From contig JAFSVU010000015.1 in assembly GCA_017444825.1 (NCBI GenBank), forward strand, positions 413-64,412: 64,000 nt of DNA, read 5' to 3'. Shown piece after piece: positions 54,142 to 64,000 of the stretch. A model generated the notes under the pieces. That model made no database searches and was not told where the DNA came from. It saw only the letters and a list, made by a program, of their open reading frames with translations. The position numbers and the translations under genes are program-made. The stretch's first letter is position 1. Each line of letters begins with the position of its first letter. Source of the stretch: Clostridia bacterium (lineage in GTDB: Bacteria; Bacillota; Clostridia; UBA1212).

Positions 54142-57100
54142 ATGGATCCCACAGAGAGGTTTTGTTTTGATAAAAAGACGCAAGAGATCCTGGAACACCT
54201 GACGATCCCTTTTGCGGTCTATCAATACATCGATAACCGTATCGTTACAATTGCGCTCTCCCGGGGGTTCTGCGACGAATTCGGATTTAAAAAGCTCGAG
54301 GACGCCTACGCGGTCATGGACAATGACATGTACCGGGCCACCCATCCGGATGACAAGACCCGTGTGGCTGACGCATCGTACCGGTTCGCCGCCTTTGACG
54401 TTCCCTACGACATCGTTTACCGCACCCGCACGCTGAAGGACCCGGACTATATCATCCTTCACGCTTACGGCAGGAGCCTCTACCCGAAACCGGGGGTGCG
54501 CCTCTGCCTGACCTGGTATGCCCACGAGGGCCATTTTTCAGAGGAACAGGGGACTTATGAGAGCGTTCTTAACCAGACACTGAGCCGCTTCCTTACGGAG
54601 GAGAGCAGGTATCTCGGCACGTATTACGACTACATGACCGGCCTTCCCAATATGGCCTATTTCTACGAGCTTGCCGAAGCAGGCTGTAAAAAGATGCAGG
54701 AGCAGAATATCGATTCCGCGATCCTCTTCTTCGACCTTACGGGGTTTAAACGCTTCAACCGGAAATACGGCTTTGAGGAAGGAAACCGTCTGATCCGTGC
54801 CGTCGCGGCTATATTGGCCAGACATTTCAGCAACGAAAACTGTGCCCGTTTCGCTCAGGACCAGTTCGCCGCATTTGCCCCGGAAGAGGGCCTGAAGGAG
54901 CGCCTTGACGCGGTGATCGCGGAGTGTGCCGACGCCAATGACGGAAAAACGCTTCCTCTTCGAATAGGCGTCTACCCGAACCGGATCGAGCCGGTGCAGA
55001 TCGGCACCGCCTGTGACCGTGCCAAGCTGGCGGGAAATATACGGAGAAAACTCAACGTATCCCACTACTCATATTTCGACACGGAAAGGATGGCCGAAGA
55101 GAAAAACCGCCAGGAGATCATCGATAATCTTGACAAGGCTATCGAGGAGGAATGGATACAGGTGTATTACCAGCCCATAGTCCGCACCACCAACGGCAAG
55201 GTCTGCAGCCTTGAGGCCCTGGCCCGCTGGAACGATCCCGTGCGGGGACTGCTGCCGCCTTCGGCTTTTATTCCGGTCCTGGAGGAGTCCATGCTCATTC
55301 ACAAGCTGGATATGTGCGTGGTCCGTCAGGTTCTGAAAACTCTGAAAACCAATGAGGCCGCAGGAAATCAGAACCTGCCCGTCTCGATCAATTTTTCCAG
55401 GGCGGACTTTGACGCCTGCGACCTGGTGGAGGAGATCAGCAGGCTGGTGGATGAGGCACAGGTCAACAGAAGACTTATCAACATAGAGATCACGGAAAGC
55501 CTGGTGGGCAGCGACTTCAATTATATGAAGGATCAGATCGAGCGTTTCCGGGCCCACGGTTTTCAGGTATGGATGGACGATTTCGGCAGCGGGTATTCCT
55601 CTCTGGATGTCCTTCAAAGCATTAAGTTCGACCTGATCAAGTTCGACATGGGCTTTATGCGGCGGCTTGATGAGGGGAACGCCGGAAAGATCATCCTTCA
55701 GGAGATGATGAAAATGGCCACTGCTCTCGGGATCGATACGATCTGCGAGGGCGTGGAGACAGCGAGCCAGGTCCGTTTCCTTCAGGAGATCGCCTGCTCA
55801 AAGCTTCAGGGATACTATTTCATGAAGCCGGTGCCCCTTGAGCAGATACTGGAAAAGTATAGTGTGGAAATAAAGGACGGCTTCGAAGACCCGAACCAGT
55901 CCGCTTATTATGACGTTCTGGGATCCGTTAACCTCTATGATCTTTCATTCATTGCGACCCGGGACAAAGACGTCATAAAGAACACCTTCGACACTGTGCC
56001 CATTGGCGTTATTGAATTCAACGGCAAGGGCGACAAAGTAAAGTACGTACGCACCAATCACTCCTTCCGCGTGTTTATGAGGCGCACTTTCGGATTTGAT
56101 CTTATCGATCCCGAAAAAGAGTATACCTTCCCGAAGGAGGGGCCGGGCTCTTCATTTGCGAAAGCAGTCGAGCAGTGCAGGAACAACGGCAGCAGGGCTT
56201 TTGTGGATGAGATGCTGGAGAACGGCTCTATCGTGCGCTCTTTTGTGAGGTTGATCGCAGGGAACCGGGTCACAGGTGCGGAAGCGGTCGCTGTTGCGGT
56301 ACTTTACGTCACGGATCCTGATGAAAGCACCACTTATGCGGACATAGCCATGGCGCTTGCGGCCGACTACTACAATCTGTTTGTGATCGATATGGATACA
56401 AACGACTATACGGAGTACTCTTCCCGGGTAGGAAACGAGGAGTTGTCAACTGTGCGCCAGGGCAGAGATTTCTTCGAATCCGCCAAGCGAGACACGCTGA
56501 CACGAATCTATGAAGCCGACCGCGAGCCCTTCCTGAAGCTGTTCACAAAGGAAAACGTCATCGCCGATCTGGACACTCAGGGGGTCTTTACGACCACGTA
56601 CCGGCTTATAGACACCGGAACGCCCGTATACGTTAACATGAAGGTCACGAGGCTCCGGGGCGGCAACCGCATCATCCTGGGTGTAAGCGTCATTGATTCT
56701 CACATGAAACAGAAGGAGGAATATGAGGCGCTGCAAAGAGAGCGTGAGACATTGGTTAGAGTTATGGCCCTCTCCGACGGGTATCTCTCCCTGTTCACGG
56801 TCGACCCAAAGACGGAAAAATACGTGGAATACAGTTCCACGGAGGATTTTGACAGCCTTGGCGTGGATAAGAGCGGCGACGATTTCTTCTCTAAGTCTCA
56901 GGCGGACGCAGCCATATGTTTCCACAAGGAGGATATCAAAAGATTTCAGGAGCAGTTCACAAAGGAGAACGTTCTGCAGGTGATCAGAGAGAAGGGGAAA
57001 TTCAGCATCGACTACCGCCTCATGATAAGGGGCGAACCCAGACCGGTCACCCTGAAAGCGGCTCTGTTCAAAGACAAAAACGAGGACAAGCTGGTCGTGG

Positions 57101-57159
57101 GGGTAAGAGCCTGGAAGGACAGCCGTAAACCCGACGAAAGAAACAGGACCTGGTCATAA
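54142..57159 (+). CDS. PAS - degenerate GGDEF - EAL c-di-GMP phosphodiesterase with about 450-aa C-terminal PAS/sensor-like extension
   Basis: ATG at 54142 with GAGGAGG ribosome-binding site. N-terminal PAS. GGDEF region carries RFAQDQFAAF instead of GGDEF. EAL motifs EALARW, DDFGSGYSSL. Two repeated about 200-aa modules follow the EAL domain. Confidence 0.7.
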   Translation: MDPTERFCFDKKTQEILEHLTIPFAVYQYIDNRIVTIALSRGFCDEFGFKKLEDAYAVMDNDMYRATHPDDKTRVADASYRFAAFDVPYDIVYRTRTLKDPDYIILHAYGRSLYPKPGVRLCLTWYAHEGHFSEEQGTYESVLNQTLSRFLTEESRYLGTYYDYMTGLPNMAYFYELAEAGCKKMQEQNIDSAILFFDLTGFKRFNRKYGFEEGNRLIRAVAAILARHFSNENCARFAQDQFAAFAPEEGLKERLDAVIAECADANDGKTLPLRIGVYPNRIEPVQIGTACDRAKLAGNIRRKLNVSHYSYFDTERMAEEKNRQEIIDNLDKAIEEEWIQVYYQPIVRTTNGKVCSLEALARWNDPVRGLLPPSAFIPVLEESMLIHKLDMCVVRQVLKTLKTNEAAGNQNLPVSINFSRADFDACDLVEEISRLVDEAQVNRRLINIEITESLVGSDFNYMKDQIERFRAHGFQVWMDDFGSGYSSLDVLQSIKFDLIKFDMGFMRRLDEGNAGKIILQEMMKMATALGIDTICEGVETASQVRFLQEIACSKLQGYYFMKPVPLEQILEKYSVEIKDGFEDPNQSAYYDVLGSVNLYDLSFIATRDKDVIKNTFDTVPIGVIEFNGKGDKVKYVRTNHSFRVFMRRTFGFDLIDPEKEYTFPKEGPGSSFAKAVEQCRNNGSRAFVDEMLENGSIVRSFVRLIAGNRVTGAEAVAVAVLYVTDPDESTTYADIAMALAADYYNLFVIDMDTNDYTEYSSRVGNEELSTVRQGRDFFESAKRDTLTRIYEADREPFLKLFTKENVIADLDTQGVFTTTYRLIDTGTPVYVNMKVTRLRGGNRIILGVSVIDSHMKQKEEYEALQRERETLVRVMALSDGYLSLFTVDPKTEKYVEYSSTEDFDSLGVDKSGDDFFSKSQADAAICFHKEDIKRFQEQFTKENVLQVIREKGKFSIDYRLMIRGEPRPVTLKAALFKDKNEDKLVVGVRAWKDSRKPDERNRTWS

Positions 57160-57237
57160 GAGGAAAACTCATATACAAAAAACAATGCGGCATTATATAA
57201 CATGCCTGAGCCTAAAAGACGCTATAGGAAGGTAAAA

Positions 57238-59397
57238 ATGTATCAGAAGAAAAAAACGCACACTGCCACACGGATCACATTGCTGTTTCTCTCTGTTTTG
57301 ACAGTATTGACAATGGCAGCCATCGCTGGACCGGTTCCCTCCGTTGCACAGGAGACCGGCGAGACTATTCGTGTCGGCTGGCACGAAGAACCGTATTTCA
57401 TTACAGACGAGTACGGACGGCGCTCGGGCTACTCCTACGAGTATCAGTGCAAGCTGGCCGCTTATACAGGCTGGAACTATGAGTACGTGAAAGGCACCTG
57501 GTCCGAGCTTCTTCAGATGCTTAAAGACGGCGAGATCGACATGATGAGCAACGTCTCCTATTCGGAAGCGCGCACAAAAGACATGCTGTTTTCGTCAATG
57601 GCCATGGGTACGGAGTCATATTATATCTTTGTCTCCCCCGAGAATACGGAGATCACCACCGACGATTATTCCTCTCTGGAAGGGAAAAAAGTGGGCGTCA
57701 CAAGGGGCTCCATACAAGGCGATCTCTTTAAAAAATGGGCCAAGATGCATAACATCACCGTGCTGCTTTACGAGATGTCCATCCCCGAGGAGGAGGCTCG
57801 AAAACTGATAGGCTCGAAGCTTGATGCTTTTGTCACGGTCGACGTGTACGGCGACTCGAATACCGCCGTCCCCCTCTGCAAGATCGGCTCCTCCGATTAC
57901 TATTTTGCCGTAAGTAAAAACAGACCCGATCTGCTGCCGGTCCTCGATGCCGCCATGAACAGCATTCAGGATGAGAACAAGTATTACAACGAGCAGCTGT
58001 CTGCAAAATATCTCGACAACCTTGACGCCGAACATTATCTCACCGCAAAAGAAAAGCAGTGGCTTTTGGAGCACGGGACCATTCGCGTTGGCTACCAGGA
58101 CAATTACCTGGCATTCTGCGCCTCGGATCCCGAAACGGGAGAACTGACCGGCGCTCTTAAGACCTATCTGGAATACGCCGCCGACGCCCTCAAAAACGCG
58201 CACATCTCCTTTAAAGCGATCGCATATCCTACAGCCTCCGCCGCGATAGCGGCGATGAAAAACGGAGAGGTGGACTGTGTCTTCCCCGCCAATCTGACTG
58301 ATTACGCCAGTGAGGAGATCAACGTCGTGACGACGACGCCATTGATGCGTACGGAAATGGACGCCGTAGTAAAAGCCTCTGAAAAGAAGGAGTTTATCGT
58401 AAAAGAGGACGTTACCGTCGCAGTTAACGAGGGCAACACAAACTACGACATGTGGCTGTCCGACAATTTCCCGACCTGGGCCCGTACATACTACGAAGAC
58501 ACCTCTGCCTGTCTGGAGGCGGTTGCCGCCGGTAAAGCGGACTGCGTAATCATCAGCAGCTACCGTTACAGCAATATTTCAAAGCAGTGCGAAAAGCTTC
58601 ATCTGTCGTCAGTCTACACAGGCGTAGACATGGATTACAGCTTTGCCCTTCGCAAGGGCGATACGATGCTCTACACCATTATAACCAAGGTCAACAACGC
58701 AGTGCCCGGCGCTCTGATCCACACGGCCCTGACCTACTATTCCACAGAGGACGTTAAGACCACCTTTGCCGATTTTATCAAGGACAACCTGTTTATCGTG
58801 CTTACAATCATTGCCGCGATACTGGTCGTGATCCTTTTGCTTCTGCTTCACAGTATCCGGGCGGAAAGAAAGCTGCTCAAGGAGGAGCGCCTGGTCAAGT
58901 CTCTTAACAAACGTGTTTTCGTTGACCCTCTCACATCCGTGCGTAACAAAGGTGCTTTTTATGACTACATAGAGTCTCTCCAGGAGCGGATCAATCAGGA
59001 GGAAAAGTTCGACTTTGCCATTGGCGTTTTCGACTGCAATAACCTTAAACAGATCAACGACCGTTACGGCCACGACAGAGGCGACGAATACATTAAGGGC
59101 ACAAGCCGGCTGATCTGCCAGACTTTCCAGCACAGTCCCGTTTTCAGGATCGGAGGCGACGAGTTTGCAGTCATTCTGGAGAATGACGATTTCAAAAAAC
59201 GGGATGAGATCGTGCAAAAATTTGAAGAAAGGCAGCATGAGACCTGCGCCTCGGAAGAGAACCCGTGGGACCAGGTTCAGGTGGCAATGGGACTTGCAGT
59301 TTACGACCCGAACCACGACCGTACCGTGAACGAAACGGCCCGCCGCGCAGACAAGATCATGTACGAGAACAAGCGACTCGGGAAAGCAATACATTAA
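57238..59397 (+). CDS. diguanylate cyclase with a tandem periplasmic solute-binding (SBP_bac_3-like) sensor, TM helix and GGDEF domain
   Basis: ATG at 57238 with ribosome-binding site. Signal/TM. Two about 230-aa amino-acid-SBP-like repeats. TM helix IVLTIIAAILVVILLLLL. RIGGDEFAV. Confidence 0.7.
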   Translation: MYQKKKTHTATRITLLFLSVLTVLTMAAIAGPVPSVAQETGETIRVGWHEEPYFITDEYGRRSGYSYEYQCKLAAYTGWNYEYVKGTWSELLQMLKDGEIDMMSNVSYSEARTKDMLFSSMAMGTESYYIFVSPENTEITTDDYSSLEGKKVGVTRGSIQGDLFKKWAKMHNITVLLYEMSIPEEEARKLIGSKLDAFVTVDVYGDSNTAVPLCKIGSSDYYFAVSKNRPDLLPVLDAAMNSIQDENKYYNEQLSAKYLDNLDAEHYLTAKEKQWLLEHGTIRVGYQDNYLAFCASDPETGELTGALKTYLEYAADALKNAHISFKAIAYPTASAAIAAMKNGEVDCVFPANLTDYASEEINVVTTTPLMRTEMDAVVKASEKKEFIVKEDVTVAVNEGNTNYDMWLSDNFPTWARTYYEDTSACLEAVAAGKADCVIISSYRYSNISKQCEKLHLSSVYTGVDMDYSFALRKGDTMLYTIITKVNNAVPGALIHTALTYYSTEDVKTTFADFIKDNLFIVLTIIAAILVVILLLLLHSIRAERKLLKEERLVKSLNKRVFVDPLTSVRNKGAFYDYIESLQERINQEEKFDFAIGVFDCNNLKQINDRYGHDRGDEYIKGTSRLICQTFQHSPVFRIGGDEFAVILENDDFKKRDEIVQKFEERQHETCASEENPWDQVQVAMGLAVYDPNHDRTVNETARRADKIMYENKRLGKAIH

Positions 59398-59537
59398 AGA
59401 TCATAACCAATGCCGAAGGCCGCGTCAGAGGTTCACCCAATGACGCGGCCTTTTCTTTGTGTGCCGGGCACGGCACACTGAACCAAAATGCCGGCTGATT
59501 TTTACGTTCAGCCGGCATTATATCATTGTTGCCCGTT

Positions 59538-61319
59538 TCAATCTTTTTTCTTCCTGAAAGACATCGAAAGCATCGCGGCAGCGCCGGTTGCGATGACCGC
59601 GATTGTCGATAAGGCGGTCCCGCCGCAGCCTTTTTTGTTCCCGGAAGGAGCGTCCGTCGGGTCTTCGTTCGTATTCTCTGCCGTAGGCTGCTCCGTAGCT
59701 TCTGCCGTGGCTGCAGGCTCCTCAGTGGGGTCCTCAGCAGGAGGCTCGGTCGGGTCGGGCGAGGATGAGGGTTCCTCTGTTTCGGAGACCTCACTTGTCT
59801 CCAAGAGCTCGCCGTACTCGATAAAGATGTCGTCGAACAGGACCTCGCTTCCCGTGCCCTCGAGGTCGAAACGCAGAGCGCTGATACCGCTGAAGGTCTC
59901 CGGGTAAAGCGACATGCTGTCCTGCAGCATCTTGCCGTCAAGGAAGATCACGTAGTTCTGCGTATCCATAAAGAAAGCAGCTCCGATGGTGACCGTTTTA
60001 TCCTTTTCAAACGTGCCGACATGCTGGCGGGCGGCGTTCATCACCGTTATCTTGCCGTCCTGACCGGGTTCGAGCCTGATCACCATGCCGCCCCTGTCCG
60101 TGCTGTCGGTGGAGGTTTCCCCCTCGGTTCTGTTTGTGACGCAGAGGTCAAAGCACCCCGCAAGGTCCTTAACTTTTACCGTAAAATAGACAAAAACATC
60201 TGCTTCTGTATCAAGGGGCGGAATGATCATCCAGAATCTCATGTCCAGAAAATCCTTGGCGGCAAGAGCCACGCCGTCGAAGTCCCCGTCGGAATCCGTG
60301 GGCATCACGTAAGAGAAAGAATTGACGAAGGGAGTTCCGGAGGATTTCAGGAACGGAAGCTCGCTGTTGTAGGAGAAAATCTCCGACTCCTGGTTCGGCT
60401 GCTCATATTCGCTTTGCGCAAGCACGTTCTCGAAATCATCATAGAAGCAGTAGTCCTCACTCCTGAATCTGTACGTTTTACCGGTCTGTTCCGAAGCCTG
60501 TCCCATTGGCGTCGCAGCGAGTCTGATATCGTCAAAATATATCTCGTTGACGTGGGAGCTGCCCTTCTGCGAGCGCGAAATGTCGTTCTCCTCAGCCCAG
60601 TCGTGGCAGTCAAATCTGATGGCCGTGACGTTCGTCATTTTCCCGATGTACTTGAAATCGCCAATGCGCTCACCGTTGACAAAAATAACGAATTCGTCGC
60701 TGCACTTCGTAAAAACAGCCTCTACGGTGTACTCGGTGTCCGGATGAAGGTCGTCCGTCACCACAAGCGTTCCGCCCTCTGGGTTCACAACGTAGAGCAC
60801 ATCCTTTCCGGTCGCGTCGTCGGTCCCCGATGAGAAAATGTTCCTGACCCCTCCGCCGTAGTCCTCAACGTGGGTGGACTCCGGAATGCCTGCCAGGAGC
60901 ACGGAAAAGCCGTAATTTCCCAGCGTTTTGTACATAAACTTAAATGAGAAAGATATCTTGGAGCCATCGCCAAGAGACCCGAGACCGAGCCCCGTTATAC
61001 GCATGTCGGCCACTCCGCCGTCGTAACGCATGAATCTCAGCGACTTCGTTCCGCCGATCCTGTTTGCACTTACGAGCGCGCCGCTCCTTTCACCGTCTCC
61101 GATGAACTCGCTGAAGCCTGCGGGCTTGTTTCCTTTGGCGTCGTTGAAAACGAACTCCTCTGTCTCGCCTGCAGATGCCTCAAACCCTTCAAAGTTTTGG
61201 GAGTAGAACGTTTTCTCCTCCGCTCCGTCTCCTTCCGCAAAAGCGCCGAAGCCGGAAAAAGAAAAAGCCGTCAGAATGGCGATAAGAATAGCCGCAAAAG
61301 CGGAAAAGCTTTTCTTCAT
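59538..61319 (-). CDS. secreted/cell-surface hypothetical protein with C-terminal Pro/Thr/Glu linker and TM anchor
   Basis: Start at 61319 (MKKSFSAF... signal peptide). C-terminus PT-rich followed by GCGGTALSTIAVIATGAAAMLSMSF-RKKKD. Confidence 0.6.
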   Translation of the reverse strand: MKKSFSAFAAILIAILTAFSFSGFGAFAEGDGAEEKTFYSQNFEGFEASAGETEEFVFNDAKGNKPAGFSEFIGDGERSGALVSANRIGGTKSLRFMRYDGGVADMRITGLGLGSLGDGSKISFSFKFMYKTLGNYGFSVLLAGIPESTHVEDYGGGVRNIFSSGTDDATGKDVLYVVNPEGGTLVVTDDLHPDTEYTVEAVFTKCSDEFVIFVNGERIGDFKYIGKMTNVTAIRFDCHDWAEENDISRSQKGSSHVNEIYFDDIRLAATPMGQASEQTGKTYRFRSEDYCFYDDFENVLAQSEYEQPNQESEIFSYNSELPFLKSSGTPFVNSFSYVMPTDSDGDFDGVALAAKDFLDMRFWMIIPPLDTEADVFVYFTVKVKDLAGCFDLCVTNRTEGETSTDSTDRGGMVIRLEPGQDGKITVMNAARQHVGTFEKDKTVTIGAAFFMDTQNYVIFLDGKMLQDSMSLYPETFSGISALRFDLEGTGSEVLFDDIFIEYGELLETSEVSETEEPSSSPDPTEPPAEDPTEEPAATAEATEQPTAENTNEDPTDAPSGNKKGCGGTALSTIAVIATGAAAMLSMSFRKKKD

Positions 61320-61558
61320 GATAAAAATCTCTCCTTTTTTATAAAGCACGCCCCGAGTCGGGGATGCACTGCTGAAAGTCTTCGTTTATCATACCAAAAT
61401 TATCAGCCGTTTTCAATTACTTCGTGTTTGCAGGCTCCCGGGGTACGGGCCACGCCAATGTAACCCCTTGACGCATTTATCAAAAACGCATATAATGTGT
61501 GTGGGCAAATCGGCAGTAAATCAAAAAAACTGCCGAAATACCAGAAGGCAGGGTACGC

Positions 61559-62299
61559 ATGGCAGATACATCGGTTATTTTGAACAGAATTGGCAATAGG
61601 CGTCCTTTTGCACGTTATGACCTGCAGAAGGTCATGACAGAATGCGGTTATCAAACCAATGGAAGCATCACAAACCACATGATCACAAGAATGCTTTCTG
61701 CAGGAGAGATCGTAAAGATCGGGCGTAACAAATACTGCGTATCGGATTCCCTGAAGGCATATCGCTTTTCACACTCTGAACTTGCGGTCTCATTGGCAAA
61801 TGAGATCATTGGCGCTCATCCGTATCTGGATTTTCGCATATTTGAACTTATTCAACTTAACGAGTTTGTTAATCACCAGATAGCGCAAAACATAGTCTTT
61901 GTGTCTGTGGAAGCTCCGCTGGAGGAAGATGTTTTTAATACCCTTTGGGAAAAGCATAAAGGCTCGGTTCTGATCAAGCCGGATGCTGACGAGCTGTTCC
62001 GTTACATGAATGATGAAATGATCGTGATAGCTAAGCTTCCGACCGAAAGTCCGAAAGGGATAAATGTTTTCTGGGATACACGGATAGAGAAATGGCTTGT
62101 AGACATTGCTGTCGATAAACTTATCAGTAAAGTCGTTTATTCGGGAGAGTACCCGGCCATATATCAGGATGCGTTCGCCAAGTACGCCATTGACAAAAAC
62201 ACTATGTTCAGATATGCAAAGCGAAAAGGTGCATCAAACAAGTATATGGATTTTCTTGTGAACGACGCCGGGATAAATCGGGAGGACCTCAACATATGA
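61559..62299 (+). CDS. abiEi: AbiEi-family type IV antitoxin / transcriptional regulator
   Basis: N-terminal winged-HTH-like segment ending in the KIGRNKYCV (RGxY-type) motif. 4-bp overlap with the downstream nucleotidyltransferase gene. Confidence 0.55.
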   Translation: MADTSVILNRIGNRRPFARYDLQKVMTECGYQTNGSITNHMITRMLSAGEIVKIGRNKYCVSDSLKAYRFSHSELAVSLANEIIGAHPYLDFRIFELIQLNEFVNHQIAQNIVFVSVEAPLEEDVFNTLWEKHKGSVLIKPDADELFRYMNDEMIVIAKLPTESPKGINVFWDTRIEKWLVDIAVDKLISKVVYSGEYPAIYQDAFAKYAIDKNTMFRYAKRKGASNKYMDFLVNDAGINREDLNI

Positions 62300-63345
62300 T
62301 AATCAGGGAAAACTTTGGCGAAGAGCACATCCGGGAATTGCAAGGCAAAAGCAGGATGGATCCACAGCTTATAGAGCGTGCTTTGTATGCTCTGGGGTTG
62401 CTGGAGGCATTGGCGCAAACAGGCATGAGTTTTATTTTTAAGGGCGGAAGTTGCCTGATGCTCCTGCTCCCGCATATTATGCGATTGTCCACAGATATTG
62501 ATATTATTGTTCGTCCCGGAACAGATGTTAAAGACTATATCAAAAAGGCTGCTGAAATCTTTCCGTTCGTTTCCTTTGAGGAACAGGTACGTGTCGGAAA
62601 GAACAAAATCGAAAAAAGACACTTCAAATTTACATATTATTCTCCGGTCAGACACGGTACGTTTTATATCCTGCTTGACATTCTTTACGAAGAGGATCAT
62701 TATGCGGCTCTGGTTGAGAAAGAGATTCAAAATGAGTTGCTGCTTACAGAAGGTGCCAACCTTTCCGTCAGTGTTCCGTCTATAGATTGTATCCTTGGCG
62801 ACAAGTTTACTGCGTTTGCGCCTTACACTACCGGAATTCCGCTGCGAGCCAAAAAGGATCTTGAAGTAATGAAACAGTTTTACGACATCGGAACTCTGAT
62901 CGATGGACACAGAAACTTCAGAAATGTGATGGAAACATATAAAGAAATCGTTCTGTCTGAAATCAGTTATCGTGGACTAAATATCACTGCCAGGGACGTG
63001 CTTGAGGATACGATATCTGCTGCCATAGTGATCGCTTCCCGCGGCAAGGTTGGAAAAGAAGACTACCCGCTTTATGTTGAAGGAATACGGAGTCTCGGAA
63101 CCCATGTGTTTGGAGAGCGTTTCTCCGGTGAAATTGCTTCTTACCGGGCGGCTAACCTGATCTACATGGCAGCTTGCCTGATGACAGAGACGCCGTATGG
63201 ATCTGTAAGCAGTTATGAAGAATACGCCAATGAGCCGCTGACGCAGGCGGATCTGAGAGTGCTTTCAAAAATGAGAAAAGCTCAGCCCATACAGTATGCA
63301 TATCTGGTAAAAGCTGACAGACTGCTAAGCGAATTCCGAGAGTAA
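62296..63345 (+). CDS. abiEii: AbiEii/AbiGii-family nucleotidyltransferase toxin (DUF1814)
   Basis: GGGAGG ribosome-binding site. FKGGSCLMLLLPHIMRLSTDIDIIV matches the KGGTAL...RfSeDiD signature. Confidence 0.6.
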   Translation: MIIRENFGEEHIRELQGKSRMDPQLIERALYALGLLEALAQTGMSFIFKGGSCLMLLLPHIMRLSTDIDIIVRPGTDVKDYIKKAAEIFPFVSFEEQVRVGKNKIEKRHFKFTYYSPVRHGTFYILLDILYEEDHYAALVEKEIQNELLLTEGANLSVSVPSIDCILGDKFTAFAPYTTGIPLRAKKDLEVMKQFYDIGTLIDGHRNFRNVMETYKEIVLSEISYRGLNITARDVLEDTISAAIVIASRGKVGKEDYPLYVEGIRSLGTHVFGERFSGEIASYRAANLIYMAACLMTETPYGSVSSYEEYANEPLTQADLRVLSKMRKAQPIQYAYLVKADRLLSEFRE

Positions 63346-63505
63346 TGGCCTCAATATTCAAGGATTTTCATTGATATATTGGTGTTGTCTTCCGTTTGGA
63401 ACAGAAATTGTCTGAACGTATTTTTGCCATCATTTCAAAGCATGTAATGATTCGTTAAGGGGTTATCGAGGGATTATCAGGAGGTTATAAAGTCTTTTCC
63501 CGAGG

Positions 63506-64000
63506 TCAAGGCAGCTCTATTTCCGAGATCTCAATACGGGTTTTGTACACTTCTTCCATCCACCCGTCATGGTAAACAAAATCATACACGTCAAAGGAAT
63601 CGCCGTTTATCGCAAATCTGTACATATCAGTTTCGGCGTCCGGGTCATTCGGAAAGATCTCTGAGTCGCGCCACACCTTTTCCATGGACGGGAGCGCATA
63701 GATCACGGTTTCCGAACTTCGGATGCCCTGATGGCCGTAGTAATACTCAACGGCAAGGTATTGCTTTTCATCGCGCTCAATGATCTTGTGTGGCCAAGCT
63801 GTCCCTTTAAAAAGCGGAGTGCCCGAGAAGACGTCGGACGTCAAAGCATAGTTTTCATCAAACACGCCAAATCTGAACTCCCCTTTTTCTCCGGTCGTCT
63901 GAATAAAAGCGCAAACGTTAAAATCGTCGCTCTGATAAATAATGGTTTTGCCGGTCACCGCAGGGTAGTAGGCGTAAAACCACTCCTCCGGAACGAAGAA
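63506..64000 (-). CDS. hypothetical protein, 5-prime end truncated by the window edge
   Basis: The open frame continues to position 64000. The track start is a GTG. Confidence 0.4.
   Translation of the reverse strand, partial: FFVPEEWFYAYYPAVTGKTIIYQSDDFNVCAFIQTTGEKGEFRFGVFDENYALTSDVFSGTPLFKGTAWPHKIIERDEKQYLAVEYYYGHQGIRSSETVIYALPSMEKVWRDSEIFPNDPDAETDMYRFAINGDSFDVYDFVYHDGWMEEVYKTRIEISEIELP

Overview
This 64-kb window is a high-GC (about 58-62%) chromosomal segment, probably from a Clostridia-type Firmicute, judging from strong GGAGG ribosome-binding sites, a CotH family protein and many lipoproteins with Pro/Thr-rich linkers. Three low-GC accessory insertions stand out. (1) Positions 96-10680 are a tRNA-Leu(CAG) integration hotspot. 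An intact tRNA-Leu, one degenerate pseudo-tRNA copy and two further copies of a 29-bp tRNA-derived core appear with combinatorially shuffled flanking arms, the pattern expected for attL/attP/attB/attR products of site-specific recombination. These repeats bracket a 2148-aa RHS/YD-repeat polymorphic toxin with a ParB-like C-terminal toxin domain, its overlapping low-GC immunity gene, and a second orphan immunity-like gene. No recombinase gene is present in the window. An unusual regulator (XRE helix-turn-helix fused to sigma-70 region 4) and an anti-sigma-like membrane protein sit between the repeats. (2) Positions about 50.9-54.1 kb form a low-GC defence islet containing an MNT/HepT toxin-antitoxin pair and two tandem TIR-domain proteins, each fused to C-terminal transmembrane helices, with no known partner gene. 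(3) Positions 61.5-63.4 kb encode an AbiEi/AbiEii abortive-infection pair. The backbone between these islands carries carbohydrate-active enzymes (two GH78 rhamnosidases, two GH3 enzymes, two NodB-type polysaccharide deacetylases), a Fur-family regulator with ZnuC/ZnuB-like ABC components, c-di-GMP signalling proteins, RNA-modification enzymes and a family of intergenic heptad (TTACnnn) repeats. Many long antisense ORFs in the six-frame track lie inside these GC-rich genes and are rejected as spurious.
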